Part shown: positions 17,693 to 27,022 of the stretch, piece by piece | Position numbering within the stretch: the first letter of the stretch is position 1 | Layout: each line of letters starts with the position of its first letter | Made by a program: the position numbers and the translations under genes | Origin: Candidatus Nitrosopumilus koreensis AR1 | Lineage (GTDB): Archaea; Thermoproteota; Nitrososphaeria; Nitrososphaerales; Nitrosopumilaceae | DNA: 32,000 nucleotides | NCBI RefSeq assembly: GCF_000299365.1 | Contig: NC_018655.1 | Span: 840,001 to 872,000 of the forward strand | Direction: 5' to 3' | The notes under the pieces: model-generated | The model's database searches: none | What the model was told of the DNA's origin: nothing | What the model saw: only the letters and a program-made list of their open reading frames with translations

Positions 17693-18562
17693 TTACAGGT
17701 CTCGGAATTTTACTAAATTATAAAAATAAGAGGCATTATTTTGAATTGTTCCTTTACGAGGTATTTTTTGTAATCCAATATTTTTAGAGTCAAGTGCAGC
17801 CTGTGCAGCACCTCCTGCAAAACATAACGCCCACAAAAAGTCCTTCTCTTTTAGCATAGTGCAACAAAATGCTGCACAAAAAATATCTCCAATCCCAGTT
17901 GTATCATGAATATCTTTGTTAGGTAATGTAATAGAGTACACCTTATCTTTAACTAACATAGACACTTGAGCTTTGTTTGTAAGTAACACATATTCTGCAC
18001 CTTTTTTCTGAAGTGATACCATCATTTCATCATGAGTGCCATTTACAAGTTGTTGAGCTTCTTCTGGATTTACTTTGATTGCACTAACACCAGACAGATC
18101 AATATCATTTTTTTGTAACAAAACATTATTTTGAGAATCTTTTTGTCTAAGAAAGCCTTGAGGATCAACAAATAAAAAATTAGAATCATCTTTAATTTTT
18201 TTTAGCACATCAGCAGAAATTTCATGGTAGATTGGACTAACAAGGTGCCCATCTGCTTTTGTATTAGAATATTCAATTGGCTCACATTCATTTTCAAGTT
18301 TCAAGGTTCTATCAGCACCAGTAATAGATATTGCAAATTTTGTAGTATTTTTCACAGATTCAGAATTTATAAAATTTATTTTGTTATTAGAAAGATATTG
18401 TTTTGGAAAGTCATTTCCAAATTTTGTAAATAAATCAACATCAAATTTGAACTCTCTTGCAGTAAGACCACAATAACATGCGGAGCCGCCAACTTGCTCG
18501 TAATTAGAACTATCAATAGTAATTGTGTCGATAGCACAGTGAGCAAATACAGCTAATTTCAT
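17693..18562 (-). CDS. PfkB/ribokinase-family carbohydrate or nucleoside kinase
   Basis: N-terminal GGSACYCGLTAREF and C-terminal DTTGIGDIFCAAFCC (DTxGxGD) motifs. Confidence 0.85.
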   Translation of the reverse strand: MKLAVFAHCAIDTITIDSSNYEQVGGSACYCGLTAREFKFDVDLFTKFGNDFPKQYLSNNKINFINSESVKNTTKFAISITGADRTLKLENECEPIEYSNTKADGHLVSPIYHEISADVLKKIKDDSNFLFVDPQGFLRQKDSQNNVLLQKNDIDLSGVSAIKVNPEEAQQLVNGTHDEMMVSLQKKGAEYVLLTNKAQVSMLVKDKVYSITLPNKDIHDTTGIGDIFCAAFCCTMLKEKDFLWALCFAGGAAQAALDSKNIGLQKIPRKGTIQNNASYFYNLVKFRDL

Positions 18563-18587
18563 TTCTCTTTGTCAAATAATAACAGAT

Positions 18588-18695
18588 TTAGTTTTTTGCA
18601 TTGTTTTTGTCAAAACATTCTTTGCACAAAATTTTGCCTTTGAGGAGGAATAATTCAACTCCAGAGGTAAAACAGCTATGACATAGACCGCGCAT
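18588..18695 (-). CDS. Zinc-ribbon-like microprotein (35 aa), below track cutoff
   Basis: MRGLCHSCFTSGVELFLLKGKILCKECFDKNNAKN; CxxC-x15-CxxC. Confidence 0.6.
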   Translation of the reverse strand: MRGLCHSCFTSGVELFLLKGKILCKECFDKNNAKN

Positions 18696-18769
18696 GATCT
18701 GTAATGGGAATTGCAATCCCTTGCATTAAAACATGCAGTTGTTTTTATCAAGTTTTAGGAGAAACAGAA

Positions 18770-20074
18770 CTACTTTTTTGGCAAAACGATTGTAAATGTT
18801 GTAGGATTATTTTCAACAGACATTTTACCGCCGTGCTGATTTACTATATTTTTACTGATTCCAAGTCCAAGTCCTGTACCAGTATCTTTTGACGTAAATA
18901 GTGGTTCAAAAATCTTTGATTTTATATCATCAGGAATACCGGGACCAGAATCAATTACTTGTATTGTTACATGATTAGGATTGTCTTCAAGTTTTATCGT
19001 AATGGTTCCTTTCTTTTTTATTGCATCAAAAGAATTTACGACAAGGTTTACAATCATGGCTTGAATTTTTCTACCATCACAAGTTAATGATACATCTTCC
19101 TTAGGAAGTTCAATCTGGATATCAGCAGGCACATTAAGACTTGAAACTGACTCGGATATTATTTTTAGAAGAGAATGTCTTTCCAAATTAAGTTCCTTTG
19201 TTTTTACAAATTCCAACACATCATCAATTATGTAATTCATATCCGCAACAGAGCGTTCAATTCTATTGTATTTGTCTTTAACAGATTGTTCAATACCAGA
19301 ATTCCTTTTCAAAAGTTCAAGATTCATCTTTATCACATGTATAGGGTTTCTCAAATCATGTGCCAATCGAGAAGACATTTGGCCAATTGCATAAAGTTTT
19401 TCTAATTTTTGTAATTTCTTTCCTTCTTTTTGTAAAATTTTAAAAATTGTCAGTATTGTAATGACATAAACAATTCCGTTGAGAATAGGCAAAATTATTT
19501 CCAAACGTTCTTGTTCATAAGATATGTTTTCAAATTCATCAGTAATATTCACAGTTAATGTTTCAGTTACACCAATTAGTTCAGTTTCAAGTGTTTCATG
19601 TTTTGTGAAAAATGATTCATCTAATTCAATTTCTAAGTTTTTTGCATTGATTAGTTCATCTGCCAAATCTTCAAATTGTTTGAATTTCTCTTCAACAGAT
19701 GTCAAATCAGAATTAAAAGATGCAGGTAAAGGAGGCATGTATTCTCCATTCAAATCACCCCCATGTCTCAACAAAGAGATATTTTGACGCATATTATCAT
19801 ATTGTGACAAAAGTTCAGATTTCCCAATATCACCAGACTCAAATTCAGATAACGTGTGTATTGTAAATGCAGTATGAAAGCGATTTTTTCCAGCCACATT
19901 TACAAAATCGGCATAGTTTTTTTGCTCAAGAGAATATGCATACAATATTGAAAAAGTAGAACCAATCAAAATTAATTGAATTAGGACAAGAAAAACGATC
20001 ATGTTTTTTGGGCTCATGATAATCGTATTTTCGTAACCACTATAAAACAAGGCAGTCCTATGAGAAACACGCAA
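18770..20074 (-). CDS. Membrane sensor histidine kinase
   Basis: Two hydrophobic segments flanking a sensor region; LAHDLRNPIHVIK H-box, NLVVNSFDAI N-box, DSGPGIP and GTGLGLGISKNIV G-boxes. Confidence 0.92.
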   Translation of the reverse strand: MRVSHRTALFYSGYENTIIMSPKNMIVFLVLIQLILIGSTFSILYAYSLEQKNYADFVNVAGKNRFHTAFTIHTLSEFESGDIGKSELLSQYDNMRQNISLLRHGGDLNGEYMPPLPASFNSDLTSVEEKFKQFEDLADELINAKNLEIELDESFFTKHETLETELIGVTETLTVNITDEFENISYEQERLEIILPILNGIVYVITILTIFKILQKEGKKLQKLEKLYAIGQMSSRLAHDLRNPIHVIKMNLELLKRNSGIEQSVKDKYNRIERSVADMNYIIDDVLEFVKTKELNLERHSLLKIISESVSSLNVPADIQIELPKEDVSLTCDGRKIQAMIVNLVVNSFDAIKKKGTITIKLEDNPNHVTIQVIDSGPGIPDDIKSKIFEPLFTSKDTGTGLGLGISKNIVNQHGGKMSVENNPTTFTIVLPKK

Positions 20075-20149
20075 TAGATTTTTGAAAACCTAGTCAAAAA
20101 ATGAAATAGACGCCATCAAGAATATAAAGAGGCAAATCAGCTTACGTGC

Positions 20150-20437
20150 ATGCCACTTAAGCGCGCAAGTAGAGGTCGTACAAAAGGAGGAAAAGGATCC
20201 TCAGGTGTTGTACAATGTACAAACTGCGGACAAACAGTCCCAAAAGACAAGGCAAAAAAAGTCACATCTAGATTAAATCTAGTTGAACACACATTAGCAA
20301 AAGAACTACGAGCTCAAGGAGCATATATTGCATCACCCACAGTTCTAAAATGGTATTGCATATCATGTGCAATTCACTTTAAGATTCTAAAAATTAGATC
20401 TGCAGATAATAGAAGAAAACGTGGAAAGCTACGATAG
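20150..20437 (+). CDS. rps26e: 30S ribosomal protein S26e
   Basis: MPLKRASRGRTKGGKG...VQCTNCGQTVPKDKAKK...YCISCAIHFKI. Confidence 0.93.
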   Translation: MPLKRASRGRTKGGKGSSGVVQCTNCGQTVPKDKAKKVTSRLNLVEHTLAKELRAQGAYIASPTVLKWYCISCAIHFKILKIRSADNRRKRGKLR

Positions 20438-20439
20438 TA

Positions 20440-21015
20440 TTATTCTTGGATGTTTTTTGCAGTAACAATCATTCTTTGAATTAATGTTATTGCTGCAATA
20501 ATTACAACAATGATTACTGCAATTTCCATAAATCCAATAATTCCAATAATTGCAATCACAAGCAATCGTTCTGCTCTTTCTCCAATTCCAACACCTTGTA
20601 GTTTTACATTTATTGCATCAGATTTTGCTCTAGCATAACTTACCAGTAATGATAAAGTTATTGCAAGCAATACCAAATAAGGTTCTGCATATCCACCAAC
20701 AAGAATTCCTAAAAATATTGCAGTCTCTGCAATTTTGTCAAACATGGAATCAAGATACGAGCCTTTCTGAGACGTTTTTCCAGTAACTCGTGCCACTTGT
20801 CCATCTACCATATCAAAGAATCCTGAAACAAGTAACAAAATTCCACCAACAACTAAGGATGTTATTCCAATTCCAAGTCCATAGACTATTGCAGAAAGGA
20901 ATGCAATTGCCAACCCTGCTGCAGTCCAAAAGTTTGGGGACAATCCAGTGGATGCAAATCCTTTACCAATTTTTTCAAGTGTTGGTTTGAGAGATTCTCG
21001 GAGATTATTTAACAC
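20440..21015 (-). CDS. CDP-alcohol phosphatidyltransferase family protein (archaeal polar lipid head-group synthesis)
   Basis: DMVDGQVARVTGKTSQKGSYLDSMFDKIAE matches the DG-AR-G-D-D signature; multiple transmembrane segments. Confidence 0.88.
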   Translation of the reverse strand: MLNNLRESLKPTLEKIGKGFASTGLSPNFWTAAGLAIAFLSAIVYGLGIGITSLVVGGILLLVSGFFDMVDGQVARVTGKTSQKGSYLDSMFDKIAETAIFLGILVGGYAEPYLVLLAITLSLLVSYARAKSDAINVKLQGVGIGERAERLLVIAIIGIIGFMEIAVIIVVIIAAITLIQRMIVTAKNIQE

Positions 21016-21099
21016 GTGATAACCCCAGCAACACTAGCTAATAAAGTGAATAGGAATAAAATCAATGTGAAAAGTGGTCAATTTTTTGAAATTTGTAGT

Positions 21100-21975
21100 T
21101 TATTTGTTATGAGACAGATTAATTGCGATAAGCGTAGACATTATCTTTGCTGCAAGAGAAGCAGTTGCACCATTATCATGATATGGATTTAGCTCTACAA
21201 TATCTACGCCAGTCACCTTGGTTTCTTGAAGAGAGTAAATCATGTCAAAGAGTTCTCTGGATGTTATTCCTGTAGCTTCAGGATTTCCAACTCCAGGTGC
21301 AAATGCTGGATCAAGTACATCAAGATCAAAACTAGAATAAATCATGTCAAAAGTAGAAACATGATCTTTTAGTAATTGAGGGCCTTTTCCATCACGGATT
21401 TCCTTATCGGTAATAGTTTTGATTTTATGTTCGGTTAAAAATTCCAGTTCTTCTTTAACAAATGCACGTGCTCCAACATGTAGAATGTTTTGAGCACCTC
21501 TTTCTTCAACAATTCGTCTAAGATAAGATGCATGACTAAGTTTGATATCAGCAAACTCATCTCTCAAGTCATAATGGGCATCAAATACAACATAACCAGT
21601 TTCTTTTGGAAAACTAGTGTATGTTCCATAAGTTATAGAGTGCTCACCTCCCAGAATAAACAACTGGCGTTTTTTTGCAACAAGTTCAGCGGTAATTTTT
21701 TTTACCATGTCAATCATTTCAGATGCGACAACAGTATGACGGGTATTTCCCAGATCTTCAATGTTTACAGTTTCTAAATCCACAGATAGTTCAGGATGAA
21801 ATATCTCAATGTTGTTAAAAGAATCTCTGATTGAATCAGGACCAAATCTACAACCAGGTTTGTAAGAATGAGTTGCATCAAATGGAATGCCAAAGACAGT
21901 TGCTACAGGTTCAGAGTCATCATCCGAAGCAGTTATCAGGGGATTTTTGTTCATGTATAAATCAAGAAAACTCAT
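21100..21975 (-). CDS. speB: Agmatinase / ureohydrolase-family protein
   Basis: Arginase-fold motifs GGEHS, DAHYDLRDE, SFDLDVLDPAFAPG. Confidence 0.88.
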   Translation of the reverse strand: MSFLDLYMNKNPLITASDDDSEPVATVFGIPFDATHSYKPGCRFGPDSIRDSFNNIEIFHPELSVDLETVNIEDLGNTRHTVVASEMIDMVKKITAELVAKKRQLFILGGEHSITYGTYTSFPKETGYVVFDAHYDLRDEFADIKLSHASYLRRIVEERGAQNILHVGARAFVKEELEFLTEHKIKTITDKEIRDGKGPQLLKDHVSTFDMIYSSFDLDVLDPAFAPGVGNPEATGITSRELFDMIYSLQETKVTGVDIVELNPYHDNGATASLAAKIMSTLIAINLSHNK

Positions 21976-21978
21976 AGC

Positions 21979-23865
21979 CTACACCATCAACTGAGGTCTT
22001 TTTGAAAGATGTACTGATTGATTCAATCCGGTAAAGGGTTTGTCTGAAGTTTGTTTGTTAATTTCATTCATAAAATCACCAAAAGACAACTCTCTGACAT
22101 TTCCTGTCTGCCTATCACGAATGCTAAGATGCTCAGAACCTGCCTCTTTTTCGCCGATTACTAGAATGTATTGAATCCATTCTTTTTCTGCTTCACGTAT
22201 TCTTTTTCCAATGCTTTCATTTCTGTCATCAACATCTACACGTACATTTTGTGCAGAGATTTTGTTACATAGATTTTCACAAAAATCATAAAATTCTTCT
22301 TTTAATGGAATAATTCTAACTTGGGTAGGCGCAAGCCATAATGGAAATTGTGGTTTTTTACCTTTCTTTGAGTCATCAGCTGCCTTTTCCAACAAGGCAT
22401 AGATTATGCGTTCAATTGCACCGCTTGGAGAGTTGTGCAAAATGATTGGATTTTGTGCAGTGTTATTCTCATCGATAAATTCTATCCCATATCGTTTACC
22501 ATTTTCAACATCTATTTGATCTGTAGATAATGCAGATGCTTTTCCTAAATTATCAATAAAATTGAATTCCCATTTTAAAACAAAATAAAAGAATTTTTCT
22601 TTCCACATTTCAACAAGTACGGGTCTTCCATGTTTTTTGACAAGTTCTTCGATTGAAGATTTATTTTCATTGTAAAAATCTTCAGTAAATCGAATTGCCA
22701 TGTCATAATCAGAATCATCTATTCCCAATTCTTTCAGAACACTTTGAGACAAATCAAATCTAACCTTTATCTCATCTATGGCTTGTGGAATATCTTTACA
22801 AAATGCATGGCAATCAGGCATTGTGAATGCACGAAGTCTTCTCAATCCAACTAGTTCACCTGATTGTTCACGTCTAAAGCTGTATCTCGTGAGCTCATAT
22901 AGCCTGTAAGGCAGATTTTTGTATGACATTTGAAAGTGATTTGCCATTAAAAATTGTCCAAAGCATGCTGCAAATCTCAAAAAAAGTTTCTTTCCCTCTG
23001 AATTAATATTGTATTGTCTTGCAGGAAATCGATTAAAGTAACTAACCATACTTGGGTGTTCGGAATCATACATAATTGGAGTTTCAACTTCATAACCGCC
23101 ATACTCCTTTACACGGTCAGTGACATACCTTTCAATTAGTGATTTTATTAAACGACCATTTGGAAAAAATCTCATGTTTCCCGAATCAGAAGCAGGTTCA
23201 TAATCTGCAATTGCAAGTTTTTTCATCAATGCAACATGAGGAGGAGGTTCATCAACCTGACGTTGTTTTGCAGATTCATATTTTGCCAATATTTCTAATT
23301 TCTTGTGATTAGAAAAATCAAAGTCACCAATGTTTGTCATTGTTCCATCAGGAGACATTATTTTCCAATAAGAGCGAATAGTAGATTCCCCTTTTAGTGC
23401 ATCTGATGTAACTTCCTCATCTTTAGAAGATGCAGAATCTTTTGTTACAACTTTGGAGCTTTCAGCTAGAGGGTGTCCTTTAACTTGCACTTTGTAAGAC
23501 TTTGTCCAACCAAAAGGAGAATGAGAAACTTCAAGATCTGATGCTCCATCTTCCATTTCCAGTAACAAAGACATTGCAATAGAGGGTTTTGCAAGATTTG
23601 AGCTAAGATGAGCATAAGGATATAACAATAATTTCTTGCACCCAATTTTTTCCATTGAGTTTTTTATCTGAGATATTGCGTTTTTTGCAACAGACGAATC
23701 ATCACCATCTTCAATTGCAACAAATGCAACTACAATCTCTTCAAATCTTTGAGTTTGAGGGTTTTCAATTTCCTCAGCTGATTTGATCTCCTTTTTTGTA
23801 GGAGTATACTCTATACTATCACAGTGTAATTGCAATATTCGCATAATTTCAAACAGAAAAGACAA
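21979..23865 (-). CDS. thrS: Threonyl-tRNA synthetase, archaeal type with archaeal N-terminal editing domain
   Basis: N-terminal MRILQLHCDSIEYTP...; class II motifs including RLYELTRYSFRREQSGELVGLRRLRAFTMPDCHAF; anticodon-binding C-terminus. Confidence 0.95.
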   Translation of the reverse strand: MSFLFEIMRILQLHCDSIEYTPTKKEIKSAEEIENPQTQRFEEIVVAFVAIEDGDDSSVAKNAISQIKNSMEKIGCKKLLLYPYAHLSSNLAKPSIAMSLLLEMEDGASDLEVSHSPFGWTKSYKVQVKGHPLAESSKVVTKDSASSKDEEVTSDALKGESTIRSYWKIMSPDGTMTNIGDFDFSNHKKLEILAKYESAKQRQVDEPPPHVALMKKLAIADYEPASDSGNMRFFPNGRLIKSLIERYVTDRVKEYGGYEVETPIMYDSEHPSMVSYFNRFPARQYNINSEGKKLFLRFAACFGQFLMANHFQMSYKNLPYRLYELTRYSFRREQSGELVGLRRLRAFTMPDCHAFCKDIPQAIDEIKVRFDLSQSVLKELGIDDSDYDMAIRFTEDFYNENKSSIEELVKKHGRPVLVEMWKEKFFYFVLKWEFNFIDNLGKASALSTDQIDVENGKRYGIEFIDENNTAQNPIILHNSPSGAIERIIYALLEKAADDSKKGKKPQFPLWLAPTQVRIIPLKEEFYDFCENLCNKISAQNVRVDVDDRNESIGKRIREAEKEWIQYILVIGEKEAGSEHLSIRDRQTGNVRELSFGDFMNEINKQTSDKPFTGLNQSVHLSKRPQLMV

Positions 23866-23900
23866 TTGAAATAAGTGTTTGCTGAAATGCCAGAATTTTT

Positions 23901-24254
23901 TTAAGACATTTTATCACGTAATGAAATCACTGAGCGTAAAATAAGTCCAGATATGCCTAGATTGGAGGTAAGAAATTCCGATGCCCTTTTCAAAGAGTCT
24001 GCTCCACGATACCCTTCATCATAAATCATCTCCACCGTACCTTTGTCGGTCTCCACAAAAGAAGTGATCAGAGAAAAATCCCCTAAATGTTCATCAGTCC
24101 TTTCAACATACAGACGCAACTCTACTTTTAGAATCTTAAACTCGTCTTGCATGAAACTTCCTGAAGAAAATAAAACTTTAGTCTCATCAGGTATCCTGTT
24201 CACTCTCTTTGGATCATGCAAATCAACAACATTCAAGATATTTTCAATATGCAA
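23901..24254 (-). CDS. Hypothetical protein (117 aa), probably first gene of the thrS operon
   Basis: Complete ORF 35 nt upstream of thrS, same strand. Confidence 0.7.
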   Translation of the reverse strand: MHIENILNVVDLHDPKRVNRIPDETKVLFSSGSFMQDEFKILKVELRLYVERTDEHLGDFSLITSFVETDKGTVEMIYDEGYRGADSLKRASEFLTSNLGISGLILRSVISLRDKMS

Positions 24255-24311
24255 ATGATAGTTTAAAGTTTAGTCGCAAGTATTATTTACTCTGAGAAAC
24301 TGTCAGTAAAA

Positions 24312-25373
24312 ATGGACCATCACAATTTCCATGGAAAAAATATTCCTCATATTGAATTGAAACCCAATATGAAGATTGAAGATATTGTAGAGGTCTATGC
24401 TCAATCAGGATATAACGGGAGGCAATTAGGAGAAGCTGCAAAACTTTTTGCAAAAATGATAGATGAAGGAGCCACAATTTGTTTAACTATTGCAGGGGCA
24501 ATGACACCAGTAGGATTTGGAGGAATCTTCAAATCATTAATTGAGAGAGGGTTTGTAGACTGGATTATCACAACAGGAGCTAATGTATATCATGAAGATC
24601 ATTTTGCACACAAATTACCTGTAAAACAAGGACATTTTGATGTGGATGACATGATTCTGTATGAAAAAGGAATTGTAAGAATTCGTGATGTGTATATTGA
24701 TTTTGAAAAAACAATGAAGGCAGAAGACAAAATAATGCAAGACATGTTTAAAGAAAAATTTATTGAAAAATCATTCACTAGTGCAGAACTGTGTAATTTC
24801 ATAGGAAAAATGACTCAAGAAAAAGCTAAAGATCCAGAAAAAAGTTTCTTAGCATCAGCATACAAGTATGATGTTCCAGTATACATTTCAACGATTGGAG
24901 ACTCGTCAATTGCTATGAATTTAGCAGTACATAGATTACGTGGCAAAAAATACAATTTTGATTTTGTTAAAGAATTATTAGAACAAGCTGCAATTCTATA
25001 CAACTCAAAAAAATCAGGAATTTTGGAATTGGGGGGAGGAGTTCCAAAGAACACAGCTCAGCAAACAGGACCCACACTAGACCAGATTCTAAACAGAGAT
25101 GACGGAGGGCAAGATTACATTATACAAATTACTGATGCTAGACCAGACACAGGAGGTCTTTCAGGGGCAACATTACAAGAAGGAAAGAGTTGGGGAAAAG
25201 TTCAAGATGCACATGAAGATGTAATTACTGTCTATGCAGATGCAACAATTGCATTTCCGATTCTGGCATTATATGCAATTAGCACACAAAAAAGAAGAAA
25301 ACCAAAAAGAATTTTCAAACACCTGGACAAATTCTATAAAAAATTAGAGTCAGATTATTTGAATAACAAGTAA
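24312..25373 (+). CDS. dys: Deoxyhypusine synthase (or DHS-like protein)
   Basis: TIAGAMTPVGFGG, TTGANVYHED, GGGVPKN, EGKSWGKV with the catalytic-lysine WGK motif, VYADATIAFPIL. Confidence 0.93.
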   Translation: MDHHNFHGKNIPHIELKPNMKIEDIVEVYAQSGYNGRQLGEAAKLFAKMIDEGATICLTIAGAMTPVGFGGIFKSLIERGFVDWIITTGANVYHEDHFAHKLPVKQGHFDVDDMILYEKGIVRIRDVYIDFEKTMKAEDKIMQDMFKEKFIEKSFTSAELCNFIGKMTQEKAKDPEKSFLASAYKYDVPVYISTIGDSSIAMNLAVHRLRGKKYNFDFVKELLEQAAILYNSKKSGILELGGGVPKNTAQQTGPTLDQILNRDDGGQDYIIQITDARPDTGGLSGATLQEGKSWGKVQDAHEDVITVYADATIAFPILALYAISTQKRRKPKRIFKHLDKFYKKLESDYLNNK

Positions 25374-25415
25374 TCACTTCAAAGTGCTAGAAATTATCAG
25401 TATTTTTCTATTAGG

Positions 25416-25628
25416 CTAAAATCTGTCAAATCTTGCACGTTCAAGTTCACGGTCATCTTTAGATTCTTTTTTGTATTCTTTGTAATGCTCCTTGCAAAGA
25501 ACTGTTTTTTTGCCTGTCGAATTTACTCGCAATCCGGCATTTTCAACTTTGGTTGTATTTAGTGAACGGGCCCCATCTTTGTCACATCCATCAACATTAC
25601 ATTTTGCGCCTTTTGACACTACACCCAT
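25416..25628 (-). CDS. Small putative zinc-binding protein (70 aa)
   Basis: CNVDGCDKDGARS...KTVLCKEHYKEYKKE. Confidence 0.7.
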   Translation of the reverse strand: MGVVSKGAKCNVDGCDKDGARSLNTTKVENAGLRVNSTGKKTVLCKEHYKEYKKESKDDRELERARFDRF

Positions 25629-25729
25629 ACAATCTCATATCCAATATGTTATTTATATTTGAAAATTTTAGAGGTGAGAACGAAATCATATCTCCATCGT
25701 TTATAAGAGGAATATTTTTTTCACAGTTT

Positions 25730-26041
25730 ATGGGTGGAGCAAAAAAACCAACAGCCGCAAAAAAAGATTCATCATCTACTCCTAAAGATTCCAAAAAGAG
25801 TAAGAAAGACAAAGGTGAAGGCGGTCCAAAGAAAGCAGAGATCACAGTAATGGTTAACGAACAACAAGCAATGAAGATCATCCAAAGTTCCAAAGTAATT
25901 ACAGTTCAAGACATGGCAAGACAAACAGGTGTAAAAATTTCTGCAGCAAACAAATTTCTAAAAGAATCTGCAGAAAAAGGAATTGTAAAGCGAGTTGGCG
26001 GTTATTCAGGACACCACTTGTATCAAGCAGTCTCCTCATAG
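25730..26041 (+). CDS. rps25e: 30S ribosomal protein S25e
   Basis: MGGAKKPTAAKK...KKSKKDKGEGGPKKAE...VITVQDMARQTGVKISAANKFLKESAEKGIVKRVGGYSGHHLYQ; start at 25730, not 25553. Confidence 0.9.
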   Translation: MGGAKKPTAAKKDSSSTPKDSKKSKKDKGEGGPKKAEITVMVNEQQAMKIIQSSKVITVQDMARQTGVKISAANKFLKESAEKGIVKRVGGYSGHHLYQAVSS

Positions 26042-26373
26042 ATACACAATACATCTCCAGATTTAACATCCTTTAATGCATCAACATTTCCGGTCAGTTT
26101 TCCTATAGGAGTCATTGTTTTTGCAGCCTCCACATTGTTTGTAAAAAAACAAAAACTTCCAGAAGAAGGCAAGAATGCAACATCGCCTTTTTTGAATTCT
26201 GATCTTGCACGCTCTATTCCAGAGTCAACTGAAGTTTCAAAATAAACAATACTTTTTCCTAAAAGATGAGCATGTCCCTCCAATGGCAAAGATCTCATAA
26301 TCGTCCCAACAGTTCGAGGAGACAGATGTCGTTTCAGATCACATGTGATTTTTGCTTTATCTCTAATCTCCAA
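26023..26373 (-). CDS. Cyclophilin-like-fold protein (TM1367-like)
   Basis: LEIRDKAKITCDLKRHLSPRTVGTIMRSLPLEGHAHLLGKSIVYFET...GDVAFLPSSGSFCFF...MTPIGKLTGNVDALKDVKSGDVLCIYEE; TTG start proposed at 26373 in place of the antisense-extended track ORF. Confidence 0.65.
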   Translation of the reverse strand: MEIRDKAKITCDLKRHLSPRTVGTIMRSLPLEGHAHLLGKSIVYFETSVDSGIERARSEFKKGDVAFLPSSGSFCFFTNNVEAAKTMTPIGKLTGNVDALKDVKSGDVLCIYEETA

Positions 26374-26431
26374 AATTAGTTGTTTTCTAGATACAGAAGA
26401 GGTGCTCAATTCGTAGTTTAAAATGATTAGA

Positions 26432-26439
26432 TTATATAA
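26432..26439 (+). promoter_or_regulatory. Putative TATA box for rpoK
   Basis: TTATATAA about 30 nt upstream of the proposed TTG start at 26462, consistent with a leaderless or near-leaderless transcript. Confidence 0.5.
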
Positions 26440-26461
26440 CGTTTTAAGAAAAAATCGGTAC

Positions 26462-26971
26462 TTGTCTGATGTCAATAAAACCGAAGTAGTAGAAGTTGCC
26501 GAAGATGAAATTCCTGCAACTGAGGAAGTTGACGAAATAGAAGTTGAAACTAACGCAGGACTAACCAAAGCACTAGACACATATCGAAAATTAATTGAGA
26601 AAAAAGTGGATGCAGACCCACTAACTGAAAAAGAACAAGATGATCTTGAAAAGAGAATTAAAGAAATTGAATCCAGAGAAATTGTTGAGACAATTATAGA
26701 ACATGAGCCAGTTGAGATACCTTGTGAAAAAGGAAAAATTACAATTGGGCCACCAACATTGACCAGATTTGAAAAGGCAAGAATTATGGGTGCAAGAGCA
26801 TTGCAGTTATCTTTAGGAGCACCGCCATTTATCCCAATTCCAAAAACTGCAAGGATTTCATTGGATATTTCAATGGAAGAATTAGAACAAAGAGTGATCC
26901 CAATCACAATTAGAAGAGTTCTTCCAAACGGGGATTACCAAAATATTCCTATCGACTATTTTGAAAAATGA
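26462..26971 (+). CDS. rpoK: DNA-directed RNA polymerase subunit K (Rpo6/RPB6 homologue) with long acidic N-terminal extension
   Basis: Core PPTLTRFEKARIMGARALQLSLGAPPFI...MEELEQRVIPITIRRVLPNGDYQ; TTG start (M-SDVNKTEVVEVAEDE). Confidence 0.88.
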   Translation: MSDVNKTEVVEVAEDEIPATEEVDEIEVETNAGLTKALDTYRKLIEKKVDADPLTEKEQDDLEKRIKEIESREIVETIIEHEPVEIPCEKGKITIGPPTLTRFEKARIMGARALQLSLGAPPFIPIPKTARISLDISMEELEQRVIPITIRRVLPNGDYQNIPIDYFEK

Positions 26972-27022
26972 ATCATTGGTCGATAAAACTTAAAAGAAGA
27001 CAAAATTGCTGATTGTTGAATA

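Noticed and set aside
18704-18892. Cys-rich plus-strand ORF (MGIAIPCIKTCSCFYQVLGETELLFWQ...)
   Set aside because: Most of it is antisense to the kinase G-box region of the histidine kinase gene; Cys content likely incidental.
25597-25893. 98-aa minus-strand ORF opposite rps25e
   Set aside because: Antisense of Lys-rich S25e N-terminus, which produces Phe/Leu-rich translation.
26374-26907. N-terminal part of the 294-aa minus-strand ORF 26023..26907
   Set aside because: Ser/Ile-rich low-complexity translation directly antisense to the real rpoK gene; only the C-terminal ~116 aa looks like a genuine protein.
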